A stretch of DNA of 20,000 nucleotides, from contig KZ538370.1 in NCBI GenBank assembly GCA_000934665.2, forward strand, positions 57,425 through 77,424, read 5' to 3'. The notes beneath the pieces were generated by a model. That model was not told the origin of the DNA and did no database searches. It saw nothing but the letters and a program-made list of their open reading frames with translations. Below, one piece after another: positions 1 through 11,911 of the stretch; the first letter of the stretch is position 1, and each line of letters starts with the position of its first letter. The DNA is from Catajapyx aquilonaris. Taxonomy: Eukaryota. A program made the position numbers and the translations under genes.

Positions 1-1288
1 AGAATTTTTAGCAAACAATTGCACAACCTACTAACTGCAGAATTCAAAAAAATTAATTTAGGTCTTATTACATGACTAATTATGATGCCCTTAGGGGTAG
101 GCATTTCCTGGTTATAAGCTACTTTTAGTGGTTATCAGTAGTTATTAGCAGCTAATATTAAGTGTAACGGATGCTTTTTATTTTGTAAAAGGAATGGCAC
201 TAATTGTTGGATATATTAATTGCAATTCAACTTAGTTCAAAATTAATTCAAAGCTTCAGTTCACCCTAATTCCACAGCAGTGGCGGATCAAGCTACAAAA
301 AATAACTACTATCGGACGATATCAGTTATAAAAATGGCTAAATAATTATCGCCAGAAAATTACACCCTGAATATTAGCCAATCTTTGCTTCCAGATATAA
401 TCAAGAGTGTCCAAAAAATAACTAACGTTTTGAATCGCTTTTCTGACGCCTGATGTTGTCATTGAGCGAACAGTAAACAACCATAACCTTCTCTGTGGAC
501 ATTAATGTCGCATGCAGACCAACGTTATTATTATTACTGGGTTCCCACGATGCATAGTTATCGCCACATATGTCGAAACAGCGGGTTATGAGTGGAATCA
601 TTGACATGAAATTCGCCATCATGCGACCGAGAGATGGCTAACTTTTTTTTTGTTTCATTTTTAAAAAATTCAACCCCCCCCCCCCCCCCNACCCAACACA
701 AGCGGTTTCGATTTTTTGTTTGTGACGTCAGCTGGAATGGACAGGACAACAGTGACAAGGCTCGACTTTCAAACTCGACCGTGTAAAATGTCACCTGTTT
801 GCATAAAAAGTGCGCTTTACCTTAGTTTAGGGTTACCACACACTGCTGTTTAGGGGGAGGGAGGTGCCTACCACCCACTTTTTGGGGGGAGAGTTTTGAA
901 TAGGATCATACATACCAGGCGGTTATGCTAACCAGAAAATGGCGACTCTTTTTTGTTGTTGGAAAATCCGGAATAATTTAGATGGAAATGCTTCATAATA
1001 TTGGTTTAATATACAGTGAATTACACTGATGGAGGCGATTTGTTGCGAGATTTTATAGAAGTTCTAACCATGTTAGGTAAAATGAAAGGATCTATGTTGA
1101 TTTTGGATTGTTGTCAAAATAAAGGTACCCTTCCACTTGGGTCACTTTTCATCCTTGCATGATGCAATCCAAATTATACATGCTCTCCATTATACCTTGG
1201 GCTTATAGTATATGTTTATATTTTTCATATCTCGTGAAATTAGCTGCTGAAAATAACATGCTTCCAAATATTACAACGAACTTTCAAT

Positions 1289-1660
1289 TCAGGCCTGCAA
1301 ATTACTAACACAACACTTAAAACACAATAAAAATTACCTCAGCTGCTAATGAATCAATTCATTAAATGTAATGCTATCAATGTAATAATAATGAGCATTG
1401 TTGCATTTTTTGCTCTTCATGTAGTCCATTGCCTTGTTTTCTCATATTCATCCAGGCAAACACTGCAGAAAAACCTGCGAAAGTCCACATTTCCTTGTTT
1501 TCAACTTGCTGACTTCTTTTTGTCTCCAAACTTCCTCTTTTTTTGCAGTTGCACTTCTTACGTGCCCTAGGCACTACTTGGGCCCTTAAGAGTGGCCACG
1601 CCTGAAACTCACAGAGTTGAAAAAGTCTCCTCTTCCATTTCGAGGCTCCAGGCTGCCTCT
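1289..1660 (-). pseudogene. Decayed Cys-rich coding relic (CXC-like motif running into a PHD-like finger), probably the C-terminus of a transposase/integrase
   Basis: The minus strand, across frameshifts, reads GSLEPRNGRGDF...KKCNCKKRGSLETKRSQQVENKEMWTFAGF / FCSVCLDEYEKTRQWTT*RAK / KCNNAHYYYIDSITFNELIH*QLR*FLLCFKCC. Cys spacing fits a C4HC3 PHD if TGA, TAC and AGC derive from Cys, His and Cys codons by single substitutions. Two of the frameshifts fall in homopolymer runs. Confidence 0.5.
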
Positions 1661-3568
1661 ATTCCCAGAAAACAAATGGTCGCTACCTGGTTTTTTGCGA
1701 AACATTCCCTTTTTCTGCAGCATCAGCACCTCCCCCCCAAAAAATAGCTCCAAAATTTATGAAGTAGCCTCCCAAAAAATTCTGGAGGGCAGAAGTTTAA
1801 TTAGTAAATCATCAACAACTTGCTGATAAATATTCATTTCCCTCTGGCGTTTGATATATTATTAAAGAAATGGAAGCTATACAGTGATCACTGATGTACA
1901 CAGCCTTTTTCGATATTTTATGCAGACACTTGAATGAGGCGGGGTTGAGAAAAAAAATGTCAGCGAGCAGCGAAAATCGATAACGCTCTGTTTGAACGCG
2001 AACAACACTATACTAGTCCGCTTAGAAATCTATGCGCGTAACCCTCGAAATGCAGTTGGAAATGCACAATGTTGCAGTTATTTCGGGACACCCGGTGGTG
2101 CTTCAGGGGGTCCGAATTTCGCAATTTTACGACCTGGTTCTGAATTATAAGTTGCCAGGATTTTGCAGTGTAGGCCTACTGGAAGTTGTTCCTAACAGAG
2201 TTAACAGAGTTAATAGTGTTCTATAAAATTTCAATATTAACATTTTTAGTAACTGTTACCTTTTCTTCTGCGTGCTCAATTTTCATATGCTAATTATGCC
2301 CTTCAGATATTTTCCCTAGTTAATTTACCTCAAAGTGTTTACCTTCCACAACGTATAGCATCGTGAGGGTATAGCCCCGTACCGTATACCACACTACAGC
2401 AGTGCGACGTCTCATCTGCAAGTCGGCTAATGGATCCGACAGCTGAAATGGTCCATTGGACCAAGTGCCTTTCACAATGCCGCCAATCCCTGCCTGGCCA
2501 CCCCCTAGTCCCGTTTCCACCCCTTATCCTCTTTCCCCGCAAAACGACCAGATAAAACGTGACGCCGACAGCCTACATCCGACCAAAAGGAACCCCCGTT
2601 TACCGTATTTGTCAAGAGCAGAATAACCCCCCCTACACACACGTTGGGGTTGGTCTGATATATCGCCACTTGTCAGATAAGAATTTCGATATGTGGTCAA
2701 CAAGCCCTTTACAATAATGGTACAGTATTCGCTGAATGTTCCGACTTGGAGACGGGAAAAACACTTAATGGGAGAAATCATAAATTCAAAATTCAAAATT
2801 CCTACTCAAAACTGGTAATATTCACAATTCAATTTCAGAAACAAATGAGTGGTAAAATGGTGGTATTCCACTCCCTTTACGGAGCGCCGATTCTCCCAAT
2901 GTGGTAAAATAAATAAAATAATAATAAATTCACGATTCTAATGATTTCACCTTACCAAGTCTCAGTACACAGTGATCATACCTGTGTGTTCAATTGGGGT
3001 GTCAGGTGCGTGACAAAGTGTCGACCTTTAAGCTGCGTTTATTCCATCGGTTTGGGGCTGTCACACTAACTAGGGTCCAGTTTTGTCCTGGGGTCATAAT
3101 TAAGTCCAGTTGCACCATTTGGCTCTGGGATGGGTGGGAGGGAAAGATGATGGATGCATTTTCATCCCCTGATGGGAGGGTTTGCTGGCAACAAGTTTAG
3201 CTGTGGAGGCCTTTGTTCTAGTATGCATATAGAGGCCGTATGGATTTGTGTTGGTAGAAAATTTTTTGGCGTCATACTGTTGGAGGGTATTGCCATCCCA
3301 CGTGGCTGACACGGGCCTTTTGTAGTTTGGGCCTGGAAATGGCCTGCCTCTCAAAATTTGTATATGCCAAACATGGCCTAAGGGGAGTGGGCTAATTTTG
3401 ATGTGCTTACCACCTAGCGCAATGGGATCAAGGCGGATGTACAGAAGGATCGTCAAAAAAATTAGCTAATATTAGGTTGGCCCTGACGGGATTAGATGGG
3501 GGAATGACCCAGTTGGAACCACGATAGTATTCGACAATTTCATTCTACCTAATATTAGCACTAATATA

Positions 3569-3905
3569 CAGGGTCGATAAAAAGTAACAAATATTCTGCA
3601 TACAGGTATGTAAATATATATTAGGCCAGTTTTAATTATTTAAAGTCAATTTTTGTGTAACCTAGGCATGCCTATCGTCCTCTACATAGAACACTTGTGC
3701 AAATGCCATTTTTTGTTATCGTGCGTAGTTCGTTATTTGTTCATAAAAATAAAAATATTGAAATAATGAAACATTCAGGGATATCTGGATTAATTTTGTA
3801 CCCAAAATATTGTACCAAGAGCTAACAACTCTTGAGTGTACAGTTCATACAGAACCAATCTCTCATTGCAATATTTAATGAGCGATTTTTTTTTTTAATA
3901 CCCTG
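3569..3905. mobile_element. Possible decayed Tc1/mariner MITE
   Basis: TA|CAGGGT followed by an A-rich tract at 3567-3586, and a T-rich tract then ACCCTG|TA at 3886-3907. The TIR match beyond the terminal 6 bp is loose. Confidence 0.35.
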
Positions 3906-4649
3906 TAACACATAACTCCACCTGCTGTTTTAGCCCAAATTTCTCTGGATTTAAGCACATGTGGGCCTACTGGACATGCCGGCGGTTATTTTAATTCACT
4001 CTACATGTATTGAAGGATATGAAAGCAGCTATTAGCATAAAAGGTCCGCTTCGCATGAAATACTGCCGGTCTTTATAACAACACAGACCTCGGATTCAAC
4101 ATTCATGTAGGAGCAGCCCTCTTCTATATGATTTTTTTTCTTTGTGGGGGGGGGGGGGGGTCNTCTGTGAGTCAGTTTCCTCCGAAATTAATCATTTATT
4201 TCACCGGGACCGTTTCCGCACATTCTCCATTTCCGCCAAGCCAGAAAAACCCTCGGAGCCAAAACCCTACGCTCCCATTTGTCAAAACCTGGGCCCCGCG
4301 GTTTTTCCACTTCTTGATTGTGTTACTCATACTTTTTTTTTTCCAACTCTTAGGAAGCATCGAGGCTTATTTGTCCAACCTGAGATGGGCATTAACTTGT
4401 TGACTCCTGCCAGAAACCTTGCATTGTTCTCCTTCAAAGTACAGAGAGCTCGCAATTTCGATTATTGAAGTTCCGGTTTTCCCTTGTGATCTTGCTCTAA
4501 TTAAAGTGCAGGAACAAAGCGAGGGTTGTAAATTATCTTTGGGGCTGATGAAGACTATGACTGTATAGATGATGGCACACCACTTCTCTCGAAACCATTC
4601 TCTAGTTCGGTGCACCCAAAGACATCTCATTTCATCCTAAAATATGCAT

Positions 4650-4906
4650 CAGAATATTTTCTTTCAAACAGTTTCGTATTTTCGTCCATGTTCAAATATT
4701 TTCACCCAAATATTATTTTCGTTCAAATATTTTCCCTCAAATTTTATTTTACTCAAATCTTATTTTCGGCCAACAGAACAATATCGTCCGAATATATTTC
4801 TCCAAATATTTTCACCCAAATATTTTTTTCGTCCAAGTATTCTGGCCCAAACATTTTCGTCCAAACAATATCGTCCGAATATTTTTGTTCCATATCTAAC
4901 TAACCT
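4650..4906. repeat. Degenerate ~14-17-bp minisatellite (consensus ~CCAAATATTTTCGT)
   Basis: Repeated CAAATATTTTC/TTTTCGTCC units. Exact 22-mer CAAATATTTTCACCCAAATATT at 4693-4714 and 4803-4824. Exact 19-mer AACAATATCGTCCGAATAT at 4777-4795 and 4864-4882. Confidence 0.8.
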
Positions 4907-5960
4907 ATTATTATTTTTCCCGGACATTTTTAACCGGAGTGTTGCGTGCCTGATGGAACAGTCTGGTTTGTTACTTTTGGGTACCGTCTGCCGCTGAATG
5001 TTAATGCAGGTGGGCCTAAATTGCATTAACATTTTACTGGGCGCTCACCCAGGATCGCTCTTACATTCAACACTCATGGGAAGCATCAACATTTAAACCA
5101 GATGTTGTTGCCGCTGGACATGACCATGACTAGACTGTCACTGACCATTATAGGCCTCGACCAAACTGAAAATTATTCATCATCAGTTTATTTAGGAGAA
5201 CATATTGTTGATATTGTTGGGCTAATACATTCATTATTCGTCCTCAGAATGTACAGTAATGACGCTCTGTAAACAAATGGTGCTGGCTCTTTAAACTGTT
5301 AAAACTAGAGGCCTCATCAAGCCCCGGCACTTTAGCACTTTTATGACGGAACATATAGAATTAAATTTCTGGCCAAGTTTTCATTACCCCTCGTTGCTCC
5401 AAGCTATTTCTTTTTGCTCGACTGGATGTGTCGGCGGCGACCGGGTTAAAATAGCCATCCGGAAAAAAATGCTAGTGGTTTTTTTTGTGTTCTGGTATCC
5501 CCCCCGTGAACCTATTGGTGACCAAATAGGCAAGCAAATGGCTGCCGAGTGAACGCTTCGTTGATTTGAACGATTCGATTTTCCAACACACGCAGCGTTC
5601 TGATAACTTCCATGAAATTTAATTGTGCGCTATTCGCGATAAAAGCGGGGAAATTCGCGACTAGACGCCGAGGCTTTCACTTAATGTAATCTGGGAGGCG
5701 ATTGTTGCGAATGTCACACATGCGACCGCAAATTTTTTTACTTGTGTTCCTTGATGAGATTTTGGAAAATCTGACGCAAAAGCGGTCTCTCATCATACAA
5801 TTCATGTGAATATGCTTTAGGTGTAGGTGTAAAAAGTGCTAAACCAGCTTAAAAATTAATGTACATTAATATTTACAAAATGTTTACAAAAAAACTGTTT
5901 TTCCCTGAATATGTGAATAGTGATTCGAATAGTATGTTGCGTATAGTATAGTTGTGCAAT

Positions 5961-6073
5961 ACCGTGGGGAGGGAAAAAATTGCAGAATTTTGAAACTGGT
6001 CGAAAATGATGCCTTTTTATGCCTCATTTTCGGCCATTTTCAAAATTCTGCGATTTTTTCCCTTCCCCACGGT
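5961..6073. mobile_element. Hairpin MITE, ~112 bp, probably Tc1/mariner-pogo derived
   Basis: 5961-6012 and 6021-6073 are inverted copies (4 substitutions, 1 indel) around an 8-nt loop. Ends read TA-CCGTGGGG...CCCCACGG-TT, so the right TA is imperfect. Confidence 0.75.
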
Positions 6074-6855
6074 TTGTGTAAAATGGGCATTTGTTTTGCT
6101 CAGATTCTCCATAGTTTGTCCTCTTCTATGAACTCATTGTACTAGAGTGCCCTGTATAGATTTATTTTAGCCAGATTGCTATTAACGTCCACCATTAATA
6201 ATGCCGTTTTAAAGCAGACACTCTGTATATTTTCGGCGTAGCAGGTGCTACACATGCAGTGAATCAAAAACATAACATACTGCCTGCATAAAATACACTC
6301 GATGAGCCTTCATGTGCATTTTGGCCACACAAAGAGTGTGGTTGTCCATGTTGTTTCAAATATTTACTCACACTCGTTTATACGATTAACACACCCAGAA
6401 GTATGGTCATTGCAATACAAATATTTCACTCACTGCAATTCAGAATGAATTGGGGTCACTGCGATTAATTACATGACGCTATCCACAGATGTCGCCACCT
6501 TTGCCAGAAAAAAAAAACTCTTCCTTTCTATTTTCTTCAAGTTTTGTCGACTGTATAAACGGCTGAGTCGTGATTTCTGGACTACCCCCTGCATAATCGC
6601 TGTAGCATGCAGTAACTTGGGAGCGACTTTCCGTGACCTTATGGTGCAGACGCTGGGTAAAGGTGGCTCAGATGGATCTTGACGAGGCGAAAGTTTACAG
6701 CTCTGACTTTCTCAACTACATTTTTCATACTGGAAACGCCGCGTGGTAGGGGTCTGAAAAGTTATACCAGAGACCGAAGGGAGGGGGTCCGGTCTGCCAA
6801 AAGAAGATTTTGAGCTTTAAACCCCCCCCCCTCCCTCCCTTCTTTTTGCAGAAAC

Positions 6856-6983
6856 TGTTTTCACTGTGGGAGAGAAAAGCATGAGAGGCTACGAAATGCG
6901 AATTGTGGTGACCGTTGGCTAGACTAGGTTGGAGAAGTTTGCGTAGAAATTTCTGCAAGATGGGATATAGTGAATGGTGCTGA
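6856..6983 (+). pseudogene. Degenerate CCHC zinc-knuckle relic (gag-like retroelement fragment?)
   Basis: 6856-6899 reads CFHCGREKH-(extra GA)-EATKC, i.e. C-x2-C-x4-H-x4-C after removing a 2-bp GA slippage. The same corrected frame continues to a much more decayed second knuckle-like stretch (RRNFCKMGYSEWC*). Confidence 0.3.
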
Positions 6984-8173
6984 GCTACTGTACAGACAAA
7001 GTCCTGCCTTCCTCATGGCAATCATGTGTCTATAGAGCTTGAAATAATAATAATAGGCACTTGCTCCAGGATTGTTAAATGATTTTTTCGGAATATAATT
7101 ATGAATGTGCATATATAAAAATGATTATTTTTGTTTCATTTACATGGCAATTTCACACACCTATTTATAACATCAACAGCTGAATTTTTCCTGGTTATAG
7201 GTCCGACTTTGCGATTCCCATTTTGCAAATGCCATTAAAGTAATGAACCTCCATTACTGGTTTGTTTATCAGGCAATAAAAGCCCATTTCTACCCTCATT
7301 TTGTTTGATCTGTGTCAACTAATCTTGGGGTGGGAAAATGGTCTGCTGTTACATTTCCCTGCCTCCAGTTTGCAGACGAAAGCATCCTTCAAGACAAAGG
7401 ATGAAGTCTGAGATTTTCGTCAGGTTGAAGGAAACGGGGGAGTCGGAAGAGTAGAAACAAACTGAGGAGAAGGAAGTACAAAAAAAATAAGCTAGAGAAT
7501 CCTAGAGAGGAAGGGAAATATTTGTGGAGAGCCTTACAAAGTGGTGGTGAGAAATATGATCCTACATCCGTCTGTAAGGGTTGCTAGAGAAGAAGCGACA
7601 CAATTTCGAAACCCCCCAAGGAATTCCTGAGCATGCCGAAATATACTAAGACGAAGAGGGAGCTGGATGGAAAGACGTTTTTTTTAAAAGAAACTTATGG
7701 CAGAGGTAGAAAAACGAAAGTAAAGGCGTATATCCGTGTAATTAGAAGCCTCTGAGAGGACTCTCGGTAGACATTTTCAGGCGGCGTCAACAAAGTTTTC
7801 GAACCACTTTGCGCTGTTTTCCTACGAGCCACTCCAAGTGTGTACATGGTGCTGGGCTTAATTGGGGGAAGGTTGTCACAGGCTCACTAGAAACCCTGTA
7901 GAAAAAAATGATGAAAATGGACAAGCACAATTTCCAATAAAATTTATCAAAATTAAACTTTTGGTATGCCATATATTAAGTGTTTATCTAGTGTATTTGT
8001 TGGTTTCCTCCTGCCTTCTGAGATAACCTTCTGTCGTATCTTCTTCAGCACAATAGCTCCACATCCCCTATAACAACATAGGGGTCCGGACTTCTCGCAT
8101 TGAAACGGGTTTTTGGCTTGAGGTCCGAGAAGAATCCGGGAATCCAGTTTGCCCCCCCCCCCCCCCCCCACCC

Positions 8174-8429
8174 NNNNNNNNNNNNNNNNNNNNNNNNNNN
8201 NNNNNNNNNNNNNNNNNNNNNNNNNNNNNNNNNNNNNNNNNNNNNNNNNNNNNNNNNNNNNNNNNNNNNNNNNNNNNNNNNNNNNNNNNNNNNNNNNNNN
8301 NNNNNNNNNNNNNNNNNNNNNNNNNNNNNNNNNNNNNNNNNNNNNNNNNNNNNNNNNNNNNNNNNNNNNNNNNNNNNNNNNNNNNNNNNNNNNNNNNNNN
8401 NNNNNNNNNNNNNNNNNNNNNNNNNNNNN
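8174..8429. other. Assembly gap (256 N) flanked by poly-C tracts
   Basis: N run with C tracts at 8152-8173 and 8436-8467. Confidence 0.98.
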
Positions 8430-9297
8430 AAAATGCCCCCCCCCCACCCCCCCCCCCCCCCCCCCCCACCTTTAAAAAAAACCGGTACTACAATTTTTTT
8501 GGGGGGTGAGATTGCACACTTTTCGGGTTGGGGTAACAATCTTTGGGCTTGATGCCAAAAGGCATCAGTTGCACTCAGCCGTCTCATTCTCGACGACTTT
8601 TATCTGGATATCCCCACCTTAATCTTGGGACGCTTATTTTGCATCGCAAATTAGGAGACGAGATTGCAGCTTTTGATTCTATTTTCGACCGTCCTAAGCG
8701 TAACGGAGAAACGACCGGTCGTAAAAACAAAATGACCATTGATGCCCTCCACTATCTCTTGAATATTCTTGGTTCTTGATGGTATGAAGGTGAAGAAGAA
8801 AAAAATTGCATTATCTAGAAAAATGCGGGGAGGAGCCAAAGCGTTTCAAAATATCGTCGTAATTTTTCATCGTCTTAAGCCAGCAATTTCGTACTTCCGA
8901 AAAGGAGGGGGAAGTTCATTGAAAACTTTTAAGCGCTCGATTTATTACCGGGGGCAATATTTAAAAATTAGCTCACATAAGTGCTTTCATCCTGACGTTT
9001 GTTGGCTTTAAAACGATGCTTATCTTTGACATAGTGGCATGGGTGCTACTGTTTGGAAGGTAGATAAAATGTTTTATACAGATATCATCTAGCTACATGC
9101 GTATGTACTTTACCGTATGTCAAAGGGTACGTACTGGTATAGTGTTAAATAATTCAAAATATTCTATCATATTCCCACAAAGACTTACTGAGATGTAACA
9201 GACTTCTGTTTGAACAGTGTTCGCTAGAATACACATTTCCAGGAGTTGCCTGAAGTCGTTCTAAATAATTCCTATGAAGAACATAAAGGCAATATTA

Positions 9298-9423
9298 CTG
9301 GGGCTCAAATTGTTTTGGCCAACTTGAAGCAACCCGTCACACACAAACCTCCTCACCGTGGGGCCTGTGTGAAGGGTTGCTTCAAGACCAGGATAAACTG
9401 GCCAAAACAATTGAGCCCCATAG
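9298..9423. mobile_element. Hairpin MITE, ~126 bp, TA-flanked (Tc1/mariner superfamily-like)
   Basis: The left arm TGGGGCTCAAATTGTTTTGGCCA-ACTTGAAGCAACCCGTCACACA matches the reverse complement of 9366-9420, with an ~11-nt extra segment in the right arm. TA at 9296-9297 and 9424-9425. Confidence 0.75.
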
Positions 9424-11911
9424 TACGTACCGTATCATGACAGAGGGTAACGCATCCACAATCAAATGTCAAGAGTTTAAACCCTTTGGATTTAATAATG
9501 ACCCCAAATATTCACACCTTGGAAAGACCCAGGTCAAGTCCATGAAATGACACCACTGAGCATATAGGCTACTATACCGCCCTTCCTTGTCGCAAGGGGC
9601 TATCTGTAGTAATGAATGCAGTGAATACCCATGTGCTAGCCATTAGACTGCCTAATGAAAGCGCCTATAAAATGCTTTGAGAATGCTCGCATGAAAAATT
9701 CGGGAATGGAGCATACGTGGCGTGTCCGGAATATGAGAGCCAGAATAATTAATGGCCAGAGCATCGCTCATAAGGCCCTCTCCGGATTTCTAATTAATGT
9801 ATTATATAATAGCTGATACAGTGCGATGAAATGAACTTCATCCTTTTTGTGGAGAATTCTGGGAGGAACATTACCTATACCAATCTCCCAGGGCAAATCT
9901 TTGGCTCGTGCTTTTAGAGTAGTTGCTTGTAATGGCCCGGTGGGGTGTTAATACTCATCGCGGGATTGTATCATTCATCAAGCTCTGCTGCAGTATACTC
10001 TACACACCGCAATAATATTTTAGCACTCGGCAGCACCGGGGCTCGGTATATCATTCGTTGACACGTAATATTTCGCTGTAATAGAAACCACGATTCTATG
10101 AAACATGAAACTGTTCGACTTCTAAAACCAACGTTCAGTGAAATCAATATCTTTATAAAAATTATTAAAGTTGCTGAAATATGAGGATATATCCCAGAAA
10201 TTGGATTTTTTTAAAATTATAAACTGTGCGTGTGTTCCAATTCGCACTATACACTGCTCACGCGTACTGTGGCCACTCTATTAATGATTTTAGTCCGGAA
10301 TCCTCCAGTTTCCTCCTAAACTAGCTTTACCCTATATTATTTTTGATGCACAATGGATCGGGTAGGTCATTACAATACATTTCATGTTTGATTAAAATTA
10401 TTCGAAATCCTCGGACCGTAAATCTGGCAAAATAGTCAGATTCAGCCCCGTTTATCGGATACGCGGATTATAATTAATCACAAACTGTTTCTCTGCCGAG
10501 GGAAACGCACGCTGGGAAAATGAATGGAAAACAAAAGCTTTGTAGAGCAGTCCATTTCCACGTCCAGCGAAGCTTGGACTGCATTATTGGCCTCGTTGAA
10601 TTCCCAAGAGTGAGAGAGAAAAATTGTTGAAAGTTCGACACCCACTGAAATTTTAAACTGGATTTTTGATGCACCCTGTACGCTTTTAGAAGCACATGTC
10701 GAGTAATCTAGTCAGTCAGGTTGGCACTGAGTGACATATTGGAAGGTACACCCATCTTATTCAGTCATGTCTCAAGAGAGTCACGGTCTAAATGCGATTC
10801 GATCTGCTTTCGAAAAACGAGTGTAACACAAGCTACAAAGTTGTTCCGAAAGTGTAACAAGATTTGACATTTATCCATCATATTTTCTTGTTCTTACAAT
10901 ATTTCAACTGCCACATGTCATGACATCATAGGGCAAGATATCAAAATGTTATCAAATAAAAAAAAACAGAGAGAACAAGGCAGTTAAGATCACCCCCTGA
11001 CACAAAATGCGCAAAACCGAACATAAGGACAACTCCGGTGGCGAAGGTTTTGTCTGTATTCCCTTGCCTTGGTACTTTTAGGGTCTGGTTTTATAGCGGG
11101 CAGAAAGGCTCCGTCACATGTTTTACGATCCCTCGTTTATGTCTCCTTTTCGGTTCGTTTCTGCACCGGAATTAGATTTACAGGCGCTCAATTACTACTC
11201 GGCTTCATTCACCTGCCAAGTTTTTCTGCCCCCCCCCCCCCCAAAAAAAAAGAAGAGGACTCACGAGACCACCGCTGCCAAAAGCGCCCGAGGTTCTCCT
11301 CTTCGCGCCTTTTTGTGTACGGATTGGGACACCTAACCCTCAGGGTTTAGAAGTGAAGNTCTCCATGAATGAATCGATTGGTGGCAGGTTGAAGCTCAAT
11401 CTAATTGTTTCACCGGCAGAGCCGATTACCCCTGTTCCAGACGACAGGCCACATACGGTGAGGGCTATAGTTTTAATAGGCCTAGTTTTTTTTGAGGGGG
11501 GGGGGGATGTCGTTTATTTTAATTTTAGCGCGGTATTAGATTTGGCGACTGCCCCCATTTGCACTAATTAATTCGTAGCGTGCGAAAATATGATGAAATG
11601 ACATTTCGGCGTTGCAATCGTGTCGACCCAGAGGGTGGCCTCCATTTTTGCTGAATTTCCACGCTGTTGTCATGAGTGAAACTAATTACGACTTGGCACT
11701 AGGAGGTTTCTGCAGGTGGCAGGTATTATTTTGAGTTATATGCTATAAATAGTGTCCAATCTATTCTAGTAAAAAATGTTGCATAATTCAATGAATTCAT
11801 CATATTTCTGTTCAGATTATGGAAAAAATAACTCCAAAAAATGTAATATTAGCTGTACTGTATTAGAGAAAAAGAAATCCATAAATTGTTGCTATTGCTG
11901 TTGCTGTTGTT

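Noticed and set aside
826..834. TTAGGGTTA telomere-like motif
   Set aside because: Only about 1.5 units, expected by chance.
2617..2640. Candidate receptor exon 2 start (ag-G-run-TTATTC, near GGLF)
   Set aside because: One G too many for the required phase, the GLF frame stops two codons later, and the acceptor is poor.
2430..3456. Pro-rich peptides (+ strand 2445-2625, - strand 3030-3310) and the 118-aa ORF 3100-3456
   Set aside because: Stop-interrupted, on opposite strands, with no domain or consistent splice structure. They may be relics but cannot be supported.
3465..3559. TA|TTAGGTTGG...CTACCTAA|TA, a mariner-like 81-bp unit
   Set aside because: The match is largely due to the self-palindromic CTAATATTAG and the interior is not inverted.
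4610..5032. Three overlapping ORFs of 90-117 aa
   Set aside because: They are translations of the minisatellite (repeating F/I/N/K/Y).
7953..8587. Five long ORFs spanning the N run
   Set aside because: They stay open only because of Ns and poly-C/G, so they are assembly artefacts.
8543..8779. 78-aa protein-like plus-strand ORF
   Set aside because: Non-ATG start, no recognisable family and no convincing splice sites.
9630..9675. Candidate receptor exon 2 start (ttttatag|GC GCT TTC ATT)
   Set aside because: Reads GAFIRQSNG then stops, with no similarity to the receptor N-terminal domain.
9470..9790. Minus-strand peptides IRRG..C..LF, SLYAQ and EYLGS resembling reverse transcriptase motifs
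   Set aside because: No YADD, and the spacing between motifs is incompatible with an RT domain.
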